Shown here piece by piece: positions 14,901 to 28,900 of a DNA stretch of 64,000 bases. A program made the translations under genes and the position numbers. Below the pieces are notes generated by a model. The model did not search any database. It saw only the letters and a list, made by a program, of their open reading frames with translations, and was not told the DNA's origin. The stretch lies in NCBI GenBank assembly GCA_043228905.1, contig JBHGNT010000145.1:1-64000 (forward strand), read 5' to 3'. This DNA comes from Azolla caroliniana. Lineage: Eukaryota; Plantae; Polypodiophyta. The first letter of the stretch is position 1. Every line of letters begins with the position of its first letter.

Positions 14901-17900
14901 TATGAACATTTTAATTTACTCAAGGGCTCCTCTCAACTCACTCCTCATGTTTGCTAATTTCGTCATTTCTCTCGACCTGAGTTTCAAAATCTTGATTTTT
15001 TAACTCCATATCATAGCTAGCGTTGTTAGCTTCGATTCGCATGTTTGAACACAAAAATCCGATATCACACGAGCCAGGTATGAACATTTTAATTTACTCA
15101 AGGCCTCCTTTGAACTCCCTCCTCATGTTTGCTAATTTCGTCATGTCTCTCGACCTGAGTTTCAAAATCTTGATTTTTTAATTCCATATCATAGCTAGCG
15201 TTGTTAGCTTCGATTCGCATGTTTGAACACAAAAATCCGATATCACACTCGCTAGGTATGAACATTTTAATTTACTCAAGGCCTCCTTTGAACTCTCTCC
15301 TCATGGTTGCTAATTTCGTCGTGTCTCTCGACCTGAGTTTCAAAATCTTGATTTTTTAATTCCATATTATCGATAGCGTTGTTAGCTTCGATTTGCATGT
15401 TTGAACACAAAAATCCGATATCACACGAGCCAGGTATGAACATTTTAATTTACTCAAGGCCTCCTTTGAACTCCCTCCTCATGTTTGCTAATTTCGTCGT
15501 GTCTCTCGAACTGAGTTTCAAAATCTTGATTTTTTAATTCCATATCATAGCTAGCGTTGTTAGCTTCGATTCGCATGTTTGAACACAAAAATCCGATATC
15601 ACACGAGCCAGGTATGAACATTTTAATTTACTCAAGGCCTCCTCTGAACTCCCTCCTCATGGTTGCTAATTTCGTCGTGTCTCTCGACCTGAGTTTCATA
15701 ATCTTTATTTTTTAATTCCATTTCATAGCTAGCATTGTTAGCTTCGATTCGCATGTTTGAACACAAAAATCCGATATCACACGAGCCAGGTATGAACTAT
15801 TTAATTTACTCAAGGCCTCCTTTGAACTCCCTCCTCATGTTTGCTAATTTCGTCATGTCTCTCGACCTGAGTTTCAAAATCTTGATTTTTTAATTCCATA
15901 TCATAGCTAGCGTTGTTAGCTTCGATTCGCATGTTTGAACACAAAAATCCGATATCACACGAGCCAAGTATGAACATTTTAATTTACTCAAGGCCTCCTT
16001 TGAACTCCCTCCTCATGTTTGCTAATTTCGTCGTGTCTCTCGACCTGAGTTTCAAAATCTTGATTTTTTAATTCCATATTATCGATAGCGTTGTTAGCTT
16101 CGATTCGCATGTTTGAACACAAAAATCCGATATCACACTTGCTAGGTATGAACATTTTAATTTACTCAAGGGCTCCTCTCAACTCACTCCTCAAATTTGG
16201 TAATTTCGTCATTTCTCTCGACCTGAGTTTCAAAATCTTGATTTTTTAATTCCATATCATAGCTAGCGTTGTTAGCTTCGATTCACATGTTTGAACACAA
16301 AAATCCGATATCACACTCGCTAGGTATGAACATTTTAATTTACTCAAGGGCTCCTCTCAACTCACTCCTCATGTTTGCTAATTTCGTCATTTCTCTCGAC
16401 CTGAGTTTCAAAATCTTGATTTTTTAACTCCATATCATAGCTAGCGTTGTTAGCTTCGATTCGCATGTTTGAACACAAAAATCCGATATCACACGAGCCA
16501 GGTATGAACATTTTAATTTACTCAAGGCCTCCTTTGAACTCCCTCCTCATGTTTGCTAATTTCGTCATGTCTCTCGACCTGAGTTTCAAAATCTTGATTT
16601 TTTAATTCCATATCATAGCTAGCGTTGTTAGCTTCGATTCGCATGTTTGAACACAAAAATCCGATATCACACTCGCTAGGTATGAACATTTTAATTTACT
16701 CAAGGCCTCCTTTGAACTCTCTCCTCATGGTTGCTAATTTCGTCGTGTCTCTCGACCTGAGTTTCAAAATCTTGATTTTTTAATTCCATATTATCGATAG
16801 CGTTGTTAGCTTCGATTTGCATGTTTGAACACAAAAATCCGATATCACACGAGCCAGGTATGAACATTTTAATTTACTCAAGGCCTCCTTTGAACTCCCT
16901 CCTCATGTTTGCTAATTTCGTCGTGTCTCTCGAACTGAGTTTCAAAATCTTGATTTTTTAATTCCATATCATAGCTAGCGTTGTTAGCTTCGATTCGCAT
17001 GTTTGAACACAAAAATCCGATATCACACGAGCCAGGTATGAACATTTTAATTTACTCAAGGCCTCCTCTGAACTCCCTCCTCATGGTTGCTAATTTCGTC
17101 GTGTCTCTCGACCTGAGTTTCATAATCTTTATTTTTTAATTCCATTTCATAGCTAGCATTGTTAGCTTCGATTCGCATGTTTGAACACAAAAATCCGATA
17201 TCACACGAGCCAGGTATGAACTATTTAATTTACTCAAGGCCTCCTTTGAACTCCCTCCTCATGTTTGCTAATTTCGTCATGTCTCTCGACCTGAGTTTCA
17301 AAATCTTGATTTTTTAATTCCATATCATAGCTAGCGTTGTTAGCTTCGATTCGCATGTTTGAACACAAAAATCCGATATCACACGAGCCATGTATGAACA
17401 TTTTAATTTACTCAAGGCCTCCTTTGAACTCCCTCCTCATGTTTGCTAATTTCGTCGTGTCTCTCGACCTGAGTTTCAAAATCTTGATTTTTTAATTCCA
17501 TATCATAGCTAGCGTTGTTAGGTTCGATTCGCATGTTTGAACACAAAAATCCGATATCACACGAGCCAGATATGAACATTTTAATTTACCTACTAGCTCT
17601 TCCCAACTCACTCCTGAAATTTGGTAATTTCGTCATGTCTCTCGACCTGAGTTTCAAAATCTTGATTTTTTAATTCCATTTCATAGCTAGCGTTGTTAGC
17701 TTCGATTCGCATGTTTGAACACAAAAATCCGATATCACACTCGCTAGGTATGAACATTTTAATTTACTCAAGGGCTCCTCTCAACTCACTCCTCATGTTT
17801 GCTAATTTCGTCATTTCTCTCGACCTGAGTTTCAAATTCTTGATTTTTTAACTCCATATCATAGCTAGCGTTGTTAGCTTCGATTCGCATGTTTGAACAC

Positions 17901-20900
17901 AAAAATCCGATATCACACGAGCCAGGTATGAACATTTTAATTTACTCAAGGCCTCCTTTGAACTCCCTCCTCATGTTTGCTAATTTCGTCATGTCTCTCG
18001 ACCTGAGTTTCAAAATCTTGATTTTTTAATTCCATATCATAGCTAGCGTTGTTAGCTTCGATTCGCATGTTTGAACACAAAAATCCGATATCACACTCGC
18101 CAGGTATGAACATTTTAATTTACTCAAGGCCTCCTTTGAACTCCCTCCTCATGGTTGCTAATTTCGTCGTGTCTCTCGACCTGAGTTTCAAAATCTGGAT
18201 TTTTTAATTCCATATTATCGATAGCGTTGTTAGCTTCGATTTGCATGTTTGAACACAAAAATCCGATATCACACGAGCCAGGTATGAACATTTTAATTTA
18301 CTCAAGGCCTCCTTTGAACTCCCTCCTCATGTTTGCTAATTTCGTCGTGTCTCTCGAACTGAGTTTCAAAATCTTGATTTTTTAATTCCATATCATAGCT
18401 AGCGTTGTTAGCTTCGATTCGCATGTTTGAACACAAAAATCCGATATCACACGAGCCAGGTATGAACATTTTAATTTACTCAAGGCCTCCTCTGAACTCC
18501 CTCCTCATGGTTGCTAATTTCGTCGTGTCTCTCGACCTGAGTTTCATAATCTTTATTTTTTAATTCCATTTCATAGCTAGCATTGTTAGCTTCGATTCGC
18601 ATGTTTGAACACAAAAATCCGATATCACACGAGCCAGGTATGAACTATTTAATTTACTCAAGGCCTCCTTTGAACTCCCTCCTCATGTTTGCTAATTTCG
18701 TCATGTCTCTCGACCTGAGTTTCAAAATCTTGATTTTTTAATTCCATATCATAGCTAGCGTTGTTAGCTTCGATTCGCATGTTTGAACACAAAAATCCGA
18801 TATCACACGAGCCATGTATGAACATTTTAATTTACTCAAGGCCTCCTTTGAACTCCCTCCTCATGTTTGCTAATTTCGTCGTGTCTCTCGACCTGAGTTT
18901 CAAAATCTTGATTTTTTAATTCCATATCATAGCTAGCGTTGTTAGGTTCGATTCGCATGTTTGAACACAAAAATCCGATATCACACGAGCCAGATATGAA
19001 CATTTTAATTTACCTACTAGCTCTTCCCAACTCACTCCTGAAATTTGGTAATTTCGTCATGTCTCTCGACCTGAGTTTCAAAATCTTGATTTTTTAATTC
19101 CATTTCATAGCTAGCGTTGTTAGCTTCGATTCGCATGTTTGAACACAAAAATCCGATATCACACTCGCTAGGTATGAACATTTTAATTTACTCAAGGGCT
19201 CCTCTCAACTCACTCCTCATGTTTGCTAATTTCGTCATTTCTCTCGACCTGAGTTTCAAATTCTTGATTTTTTAACTCCATATCATAGCTAGCGTTGTTA
19301 GCTTCGATTCGCATGTTTGAACACAAAAATCCGATATCACACGAGCCAGGTATGAACATTTTAATTTACTCAAGGCCTCCTTTGAACTCCCTCCTCATGT
19401 TTGCTAATTTCGTCATGTCTCTCGACCTGAGTTTCAAAATCTTGATTTTTTAATTCCATATCATAGCTAGCGTTGTTAGCTTCGATTCGCATGTTTGAAC
19501 ACAAAAATCCGATATCACACTCGCCAGGTATGAACATTTTAATTTACTCAAGGCCTCCTTTGAACTCCCTCCTCATGGTTGCTAATTTCGTCGTGTCTCT
19601 CGACCTGAGTTTCAAAATCTGGATTTTTTAATTCCATATTATCGATAGCGTTGTTAGCTTCGATTTGCATGTTTGAACACAAAAATCCGATATCACACGA
19701 GCCAGGTATGAACATTTTAATTTACTCAAGGCCTCCTTTGAACTCCCTCCTCATGTTTGCTAATTTCGTCGTGTCTCTCGAACTGAGTTTCAAAATCTTG
19801 ATTTTTTAATTCCATATCATAGCTAGCGTTGTTAGCTTCGATTCGCATGTTTGAACACAAAAATCCGATATCACACGAGCCAGGTATGAACATTTTAATT
19901 TACTCAAGGCCTCCTCTGAACTCCCTCCTCATGGTTGCTAATTTCGTCGTGTCTCTCGACCTGAGTTTCATAATCTTTATTTTTTAATTCCATTTCATAG
20001 CTAGCATTGTTAGCTTCGATTCGCATGTTTGAACACAAAAATCCGATATCACACGAGCCAGGTATGAACTATTTAATTTACTCAAGGCCTCCTTTGAACT
20101 CCCTCCTCATGTTTGCTAATTTCGTCATGTCTCTCGACCTGAGTTTCAAAATCTTGATTTTTTAATTCCATATCATAGCTAGCGTTGTTAGCTTCGATTC
20201 GCATGTTTGAACACAAAAATCCGATATCACACGAGCCATGTATGAACATTTTAATTTACTCAAGGCCTCCTTTGAACTCCCTCCTCATGTTTGCTAATTT
20301 CGTCGTGTCTCTCGACCTGAGTTTCAAAATCTTGATTTTTTAATTCCATATCATAGCTAGCGTTGTTAGGTTCGATTCGCATGTTTGAACACAAAAATCC
20401 GATATCACACGAGCCAGATATGAACATTTTAATTTACCTACTAGCTCTTCCCAACTCACTCCTGAAATTTGGTAATTTCGTCATGTCTCTCGACCTGAGT
20501 TTCAAAATCTTGATTTTTTAATTCCATTTCATAGCTAGCGTTGTTAGCTTCGATTCGCATGTTTGAACACAAAAATCCGATATCACACTCGCTAGGTATG
20601 AACATTTTAATTTACTCAAGGGCTCCTCTCAACTCACTCCTCATGTTTGCTAATTTCGTCATTTCTCTCGACCTGAGTTTCAAATTCTTGATTTTTTAAC
20701 TCCATATCATAGCTAGCGTTGTTAGCTTCGATTCGCATGTTTGAACACAAAAATCCGATATCACACGAGCCAGGTATGAACATTTTAATTTACTCAAGGC
20801 CTCCTTTGAACTCCCTCCTCATGTTTGCTAATTTCGTCATGTCTCTCGACCTGAGTTTCAAAATCTTGATTTTTTAATTCCATATCATAGCTAGCGTTGT

Positions 20901-23900
20901 TAGCTTCGATTCGCATGTTTGAACACAAAAATCCGATATCACACTCGCCAGGTATGAACATTTTAATTTACTCAAGGCCTCCTTTGAACTCCCTCCTCAT
21001 GGTTGCTAATTTCGTCGTGTCTCTCGACCTGAGTTTCAAAATCTGGATTTTTTAATTCCATATTATCGATAGCGTTGTTAGCTTCGATTTGCATGTTTGA
21101 ACACAAAAATCCGATATCACACGAGCCAGGTATGAACATTTTAATTTACTCAAGGCCTCCTTTGAACTCCCTCCTCATGTTTGCTAATTTCGTCGTGTCT
21201 CTCGAACTGAGTTTCAAAATCTTGATTTTTTAATTCCATATCATAGCTAGCGTTGTTAGCTTCGATTCGCATGTTTGAACACAAAAATCCGATATCACAC
21301 GAGCCAGGTATGAACATTTTAATTTACTCAAGGCCTCCTCTGAACTCCCTCCTCATGGTTGCTAATTTCGTCGTGTCTCTCGACCTGAGTTTCATAATCT
21401 TTATTTTTTAATTCCATTTCATAGCTAGCATTGTTAGCTTCGATTCGCATGTTTGAACACAAAAATCCGATATCACACGAGCCAGGTATGAACTATTTAA
21501 TTTACTCAAGGCCTCCTTTGAACTCCCTCCTCATGTTTGCTAATTTCGTCATGTCTCTCGACCTGAGTTTCAAAATCTTGATTTTTTAATTCCATATCAT
21601 AGCTAGCGTTGTTAGCTTCGATTCGCATGTTTGAACACAAAAATCCGATATCACACGAGCCAAGTATGAACATTTTAATTTACTCAAGGCCTCCTTTGAA
21701 CTCCCTCCTCATGTTTGCTAATTTCGTCATGTCTCTCGACCTGAGTTTCAAAATCTTGATTTTTTAATTCCATATTATCGATAGCGTTGTTAGCTTCAAT
21801 TCGCATGTTTGAACACAAAAATCCGATATCACACTTGCTAGGTATGAACATTTTAATTTACTCAAGGGCTCCTCTCAACTCACTCCTCAAATTTGGTAAT
21901 TTCGTCATTTCTCTCGACCTGAGTTTCAAAATCTTGATTTTTTAATTCCATATCATAGCTAGCGTTGTTAGCTTCGATTCACATGTTTGAACACAAAAAT
22001 CCGATATCACACTCGCTAGGTATGAACATTTTAATTTACTCAAGGGCTCCTCTCAACTCACTCCTCATGTTTGCTAATTTCGTCATTTCTCTCGACCTGA
22101 GTTTCAAAATCTTGATTTTTTAACTCCATATCATAGCTAGCGTTGTTAGCTTCGATTCGCATGTTTGAACACAAAAATCCGATATCACACGAGCCAGGTA
22201 TGAACATTTTAATTTACTCAAGGCCTCCTTTGAACTCCCTCCTCATGTTTGCTAATTTCGTCATGTCTCTCGACCTGAGTTTCAAAATCTTGATTTTTTA
22301 ATTCCATATCATAGCTAGCGTTGTTAGCTTCGATTCGCATGTTTGAACACAAAAATCCGATATCACACTCGCTAGGTATGAACATTTTAATTTACTCAAG
22401 GCCTCCTTTGAACTCTCTCCTCATGGTTGCTAATTTCGTCGTGTCTCTCGACCTGAGTTTCAAAATCTTGATTTTTTAATTCCATATTATCGATAGCGTT
22501 GTTAGCTTCGATTTGCATGTTTGAACACAAAAATCCGATATCACACGAGCCAGGTATGAACATTTTAATTTACTCAAGGCCTCCTTTGAACTCCCTCCTC
22601 ATGTTTGCTAATTTCGTCGTGTCTCTCGAACTGAGTTTCAAAATCTTGATTTTTTAATTCCATATCATAGCTAGCGTTGTTAGCTTCGATTCGCATGTTT
22701 GAACACAAAAATCCGATATCACACGAGCCAGGTATGAACATTTTAATTTACTCAAGGCCTCCTCTGAACTCCCTCCTCATGGTTGCTAATTTCGTCGTGT
22801 CTCTCGACCTGAGTTTCATAATCTTTATTTTTTAATTCCATTTCATAGCTAGCATTGTTAGCTTCGATTCGCATGTTTGAACACAAAAATCCGATATCAC
22901 ACGAGCCAGGTATGAACTATTTAATTTACTCAAGGCCTCCTTTGAACTCCCTCCTCATGTTTGCTAATTTCGTCATGTCTCTCGACCTGAGTTTCAAAAT
23001 CTTGATTTTTTAATTCCATATCATAGCTAGCGTTGTTAGCTTCGATTCGCATGTTTGAACACAAAAATCCGATATCACACGAGCCATGTATGAACATTTT
23101 AATTTACTCAAGGCCTCCTTTGAACTCCCTCCTCATGTTTGCTAATTTCGTCGTGTCTCTCGACCTGAGTTTCAAAATCTTGATTTTTTAATTCCATATC
23201 ATAGCTAGCGTTGTTAGGTTCGATTCGCATGTTTGAACACAAAAATCCGATATCACACGAGCCAGATATGAACATTTTAATTTACCTACTAGCTCTTCCC
23301 AACTCACTCCTGAAATTTGGTAATTTCGTCATGTCTCTCGACCTGAGTTTCAAAATCTTGATTTTTTAATTCCATTTCATAGCTAGCGTTGTTAGCTTCG
23401 ATTCGCATGTTTGAACACAAAAATCCGATATCACACTCGCTAGGTATGAACATTTTAATTTACTCAAGGGCTCCTCTCAACTCACTCCTCATGTTTGCTA
23501 ATTTCGTCATTTCTCTCGACCTGAGTTTCAAATTCTTGATTTTTTAACTCCATATCATAGCTAGCGTTGTTAGCTTCGATTCGCATGTTTGAACACAAAA
23601 ATCCGATATCACACGAGCCAGGTATGAACATTTTAATTTACTCAAGGCCTCCTTTGAACTCCCTCCTCATGTTTGCTAATTTCGTCATGTCTCTCGACCT
23701 GAGTTTCAAAATCTTGATTTTTTAATTCCATATCATAGCTAGCGTTGTTAGCTTCGATTCGCATGTTTGAACACAAAAATCCGATATCACACTCGCCAGG
23801 TATGAACATTTTAATTTACTCAAGGCCTCCTTTGAACTCCCTCCTCATGGTTGCTAATTTCGTCGTGTCTCTCGACCTGAGTTTCAAAATCTGGATTTTT

Positions 23901-25900
23901 TAATTCCATATTATCGATAGCGTTGTTAGCTTCGATTTGCATGTTTGAACACAAAAATCCGATATCACACGAGCCAGGTATGAACATTTTAATTTACTCA
24001 AGGCCTCCTTTGAACTCCCTCCTCATGTTTGCTAATTTCGTCGTGTCTCTCGAACTGAGTTTCAAAATCTTGATTTTTTAATTCCATATCATAGCTAGCG
24101 TTGTTAGCTTCGATTCGCATGTTTGAACACAAAAATCCGATATCACACGAGCCAGGTATGAACATTTTAATTTACTCAAGGCCTCCTCTGAACTCCCTCC
24201 TCATGGTTGCTAATTTCGTCGTGTCTCTCGACCTGAGTTTCATAATCTTTATTTTTTAATTCCATTTCATAGCTAGCATTGTTAGCTTCGATTCGCATGT
24301 TTGAACACAAAAATCCGATATCACACGAGCCAGGTATGAACTATTTAATTTACTCAAGGCCTCCTTTGAACTCCCTCCTCATGTTTGCTAATTTCGTCAT
24401 GTCTCTCGACCTGAGTTTCAAAATCTTGATTTTTTAATTCCATATCATAGCTAGCGTTGTTAGCTTCGATTCGCATGTTTGAACACAAAAATCCGATATC
24501 ACACGAGCCAAGTATGAACATTTTAATTTACTCAAGGCCTCCTTTGAACTCCCTCCTCATGTTTGCTAATTTCGTCATGTCTCTCGACCTGAGTTTCAAA
24601 ATCATGATTTTTTAATTCCATATTATCGATAGCGTTGTTAGCTTCGATTCGCATGTTTGAACACAAAAATCCGATATCACACTCGCTAGGTATGAACATT
24701 TTAATTTACTTAAGGGCTCCTCTCAACTCACTCCTCAAATTTGGTAATTTCGTCATTTCTCTCGACCTGAGTTTCAAAATCTTGATTTTTTAATTCCATA
24801 TCATAGCTAGCGTTGTTAGCTTCGATTCGCATGTTTGAACACAAAAATCCGATATCACACTCGCTAGGTATGAACATTTTAATTTACTCAAGGGCTCCTT
24901 TGAACTCCCTCCTCATGTTTGCTAATTTCGTCATGTCTCTCGACTTGAGTTTCAAATTCTTGATTTTTTAACTCCATATCATAGCTAGCGTTGTTAGCTT
25001 CGATTCGCATGTTTGAACACAAAAATCCGATATCACACGAGCCAGGTATGAACATTTTAATTTACTCAAGGCCTCCTTTGAACTCCCTCCTCATGTTTGC
25101 TAATTTCGTCCTGTCTCTCGACCTGAGTTTCAAAATCTTGATTTTTTAATTCCATATCATAGCTAGCGTTGTTAGCTTCGATTCGCATGTTTGAACACAA
25201 AAATCCGATATCACACTCGCCAGGTATGAACATTTTAATTTACTCAAGGCCTCCTTTGAACTCTCTCCTCATGGTTGCTAATTTCGTCGTGTCTCTCGAA
25301 CTGAGTTTCAAAATCTTGATTTTTTAATTCCATATTATCGATAGCGTTGTTAGCTTCGATTTGCATGTTTGAACACAAAAATCCGATATCACACGAGCCA
25401 GGTATGAACATTTTAATTTACTCAAGGCCTCCTTTGAACTCCCTCCTCATGTTTGCTAATTTCGTCGTGTCTCTCGAACTGAGTTTCAAAATCTTGATTT
25501 TTTAATTCCATATCATAGCTAGCGTTGTTAGCTTCGATTCGCATGTTTGAACACAAAAATCCGATATCACACGAGCCAGGTATGAACATTTTAATTTACT
25601 CAAGGCCTCCTCTGAACTCCCTCCTCATGGTTGCTAATTTCGTCGTGTCTCTCGACCTGAGTTTCATAATCTTTATTTTTTAATTCCATTTCATAGCTAG
25701 CATTGTTAGCTTCGATTCGCATGTTTGAACACAAAAATCCGATATCACACGAGCCAGGTATGAACTATTTAATTTACTCAAGGCCTCCTTTGAACTCCCT
25801 CCTCATGTTTGCTAATTTCGTCATGTCTCTCGACCTGAGTTTCAAAATCTTGATTTTTTAATTCCATATCATAGCTAGCGTTGTTAGCTTCGATTCGCAT
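5950..25900. repeat. 8-monomer (1424 bp) higher-order repeat domain
   Basis: Diagnostic variant CATAATCTTTATT recurs at about 6976, 8400, 10001, 11425, 12849, 14273, 15697, 17121, 18545, 19969, 21393, 22817, 24241 and 25665. The spacing is 1424 bp (8x178) except for one 1602-bp (9x178) step. Domain boundaries are approximate. Confidence 0.9.
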
Positions 25901-28900
25901 GTTTGAACACAAAGATCCGATATCACACGAGCCATGTATGAACATTTTAATTTACTCAAGGCCTCCTTTGAACTCCCTCCTCATGTTTGCTAATTTCGTC
26001 ATGTCTCTCGACCTGAGTTTCAAAATCATGATTTTTTAATTCCATATTATAGATAGCGTTGTTAGCTTCGATTCGCATGTTTGAACACAAAAATCCGATA
26101 TCACACGAGCCAGGTATGAACATTTTAATTTACTCAAGGCCTCCTTTGAACTCCCTCCTCAAATTTGTTAATTTCGTCATTTCTCTCGACCTGAGTTTCA
26201 AAATCTTGATTTTTTAACTCCATATCATAGCTAGCGTTGTTAGCTTCGATTCGCATGTTTGAACACAAAAATGCGATATCACACTCGCCAGGTATGAACA
26301 TTTTAATTTACTCAAGGCCTCCTTTGAACTCCCTCCTCATGTTTGCTAATTTCGTCATGTCTCTCGACCTGAGTTTCGAAATCTTGATTTTTTAATTCCA
26401 TATCATAGCTAGCGTTGTTAGGTTCGATTCGCATGTTTGAACACAAAAATCCGATATCACACGAGCCAGATATGAACATTTTAATTTACCTACTAGCTCT
26501 TCCCAACTCCCTCCTCATGTTCGCTAATTTCGTCATGTCTCTCGACCTGAGTTTCAAAATCTTGATTTTTTAATTCCATATCATAGCTAGCGTTGTTAGC
26601 TTCGATTCGCATGTTAGAACACAAAAATCCGATATCACACGAGCTAGGTATGAACATTTTAATTTACTCAAGGCCTCTTGTGAACTCCCTCCTCATGTTT
26701 GCTAATTTCGTCATGTCGCTCGACTTGAGTTTCAAAATATTGATTTTTTAATTTCATATCATAGCTAGCGTTGTTAACTTCGATTCGTATGTTTGTACAC
26801 AAAAATCCGATATCACACTAGCCAGATATGAACATTTTAAATTACCTACTAGCTCTTCGCAACTCACTCCTCAAACTTGGTAATTTCGTCATGTCTCTCG
26901 ACCTGAGTTTCAAAATCTTGATTTATTAACTCCATATCATAGCTAGCGTTGTTAGCTTCGATTCCCATGTTTGAACACAAAAATCCGATATCACACTCGC
27001 AAGGTATGAACATTTTAATTTACTCAAGGCCTCCTCTGAACTCCCTCCTCATGTTTGCAAATTTCGTCATGTCTCTCGACCTGAGTTTCAAAATCTTGAT
27101 TTTTTAAATCCATATCATAGCTAGCGTTGTTAGCTTGGATTCGCATGTTTGAACACAAAAATCCAATATCACACGAGCCAGATATGAACATTTTAATTTA
27201 CCTACTAGCTCTTCCCAACTCACTCCTCAAATTTGGTAATTTCGTCATGTCTCTCGACTTGAGTTTCAAAATCTTGATTTATTAACTCCATATCATAGCT
27301 AGCGTTGTTAGCTTCGATTCCCATGTTTGAACACAAAAATCCGATATCACACGAGCAAGGTATGAACATTTTAATTTACTCAAGGCCTCCTCTGAACTCC
27401 CTCCTCATGTTTGCAAATTTCGTGATGTCTCTCGACCTGAGTTTCAAAATCTTGATTTTTTAAATCCATATCATAGCTAGCGTTGTTAGCTTCGATTCGC
27501 ATGTTTGAACACAAAAATCCAATATCACACGAGCCAGATATGAACATTTTAATTTACCTACTAGCTCTTCCCAACTCACTCCTCAAATTTGGTAATTTCG
27601 TCATTTCTCTCGACCTGAGTTTCAAAATCTTGATTTTTTAACTCCATTTCATAGCTAGCGTTGTTAGCTAATTTACTCAAGGCCTCCTCTGAACTCCCTC
27701 CTCATGTTTGCTAATTTCGTCATGTCTCTCGACGTGAGTTTCAAAATCTTGATTTTTTAATTACATATTATCGATAGCGTTGTTAGCTTCGATTTGCATG
27801 TTTGAACACAAAAATCCGATATCACACGAGCCAGGTATGAACATTTTAATTTACTCAAGGCCTCCTTTGAACTCCCTCCTCATGTTTGCTAATTTCGTCA
27901 TGTCTCTCGACCTGAGTTTCAAAATCTTGATTTTTTAATTCCATATCATAGCTAGCGTTGTTAGCTTCGATTCGCATGTTTGAACACAAAAATCCGATAT
28001 CACACTCGCCAGGTATGAACATTTTAATTTACTCAAGGCCTCCTTTGAACTCCCTCCTCATGGTTGCTAATTTCGTCGTGTCTCTCGACCTGAGTTTCAA
28101 AATCTGGATTTTTTAATTCCATATTATCGATAGCGTTGTTAGCTTCGATTTGCATGTTTGAACACAAAAATCCGATATCACACGAGCCAGGTATGAACAT
28201 TTTAATTTACTCAAGGCCTCCTTTGAACTCCCTCCTCATGTTTGCTAATTTCGTCGTGTCTCTCGAACTGAGTTTCAAAATCTTGATTTTTTAATTCCAT
28301 ATCATAGCTAGCGTTGTTAGCTTCGATTCGCATGTTTGAACACAAAAATCCGATATCACACGAGCCAGGTATGAACATTTTAATTTACTCAAGGCCTCCT
28401 CTGAACTCCCTCCTCATGGTTGCTAATTTCGTCGTGTCTCTCGACCTGAGTTTCATAATCTTTATTTTTTAATTCCATTTCATAGCTAGCATTGTTAGCT
28501 TCGATTCGCATGTTTGAACACAAAAATCCGATATCACACGAGCCAGGTATGAACTATTTAATTTACTCAAGGCCTCCTTTGAACTCCCTCCTCATGTTTG
28601 CTAATTTCGTCATGTCTCTCGACCTGAGTTTCAAAATCTTGATTTTTTAATTCCATATCATAGCTAGCGTTGTTAGCTTCGATTCGCATGTTTGAACACA
28701 AAAATCCGATATCACACGAGCCAAGTATGAACATTTTAATTTACTCAAGGCCTCCTTTGAACTCCCTCCTCATGTTTGCTAATTTCGTCATGTCTCTCGA
28801 CCTGAGTTTCAAAATCATGATTTTTTAATTCCATATTATCGATAGCGTTGTTAGCTTCGATTCGCATGTTTGAACACAAAAATCCGATATCACACTCGCT

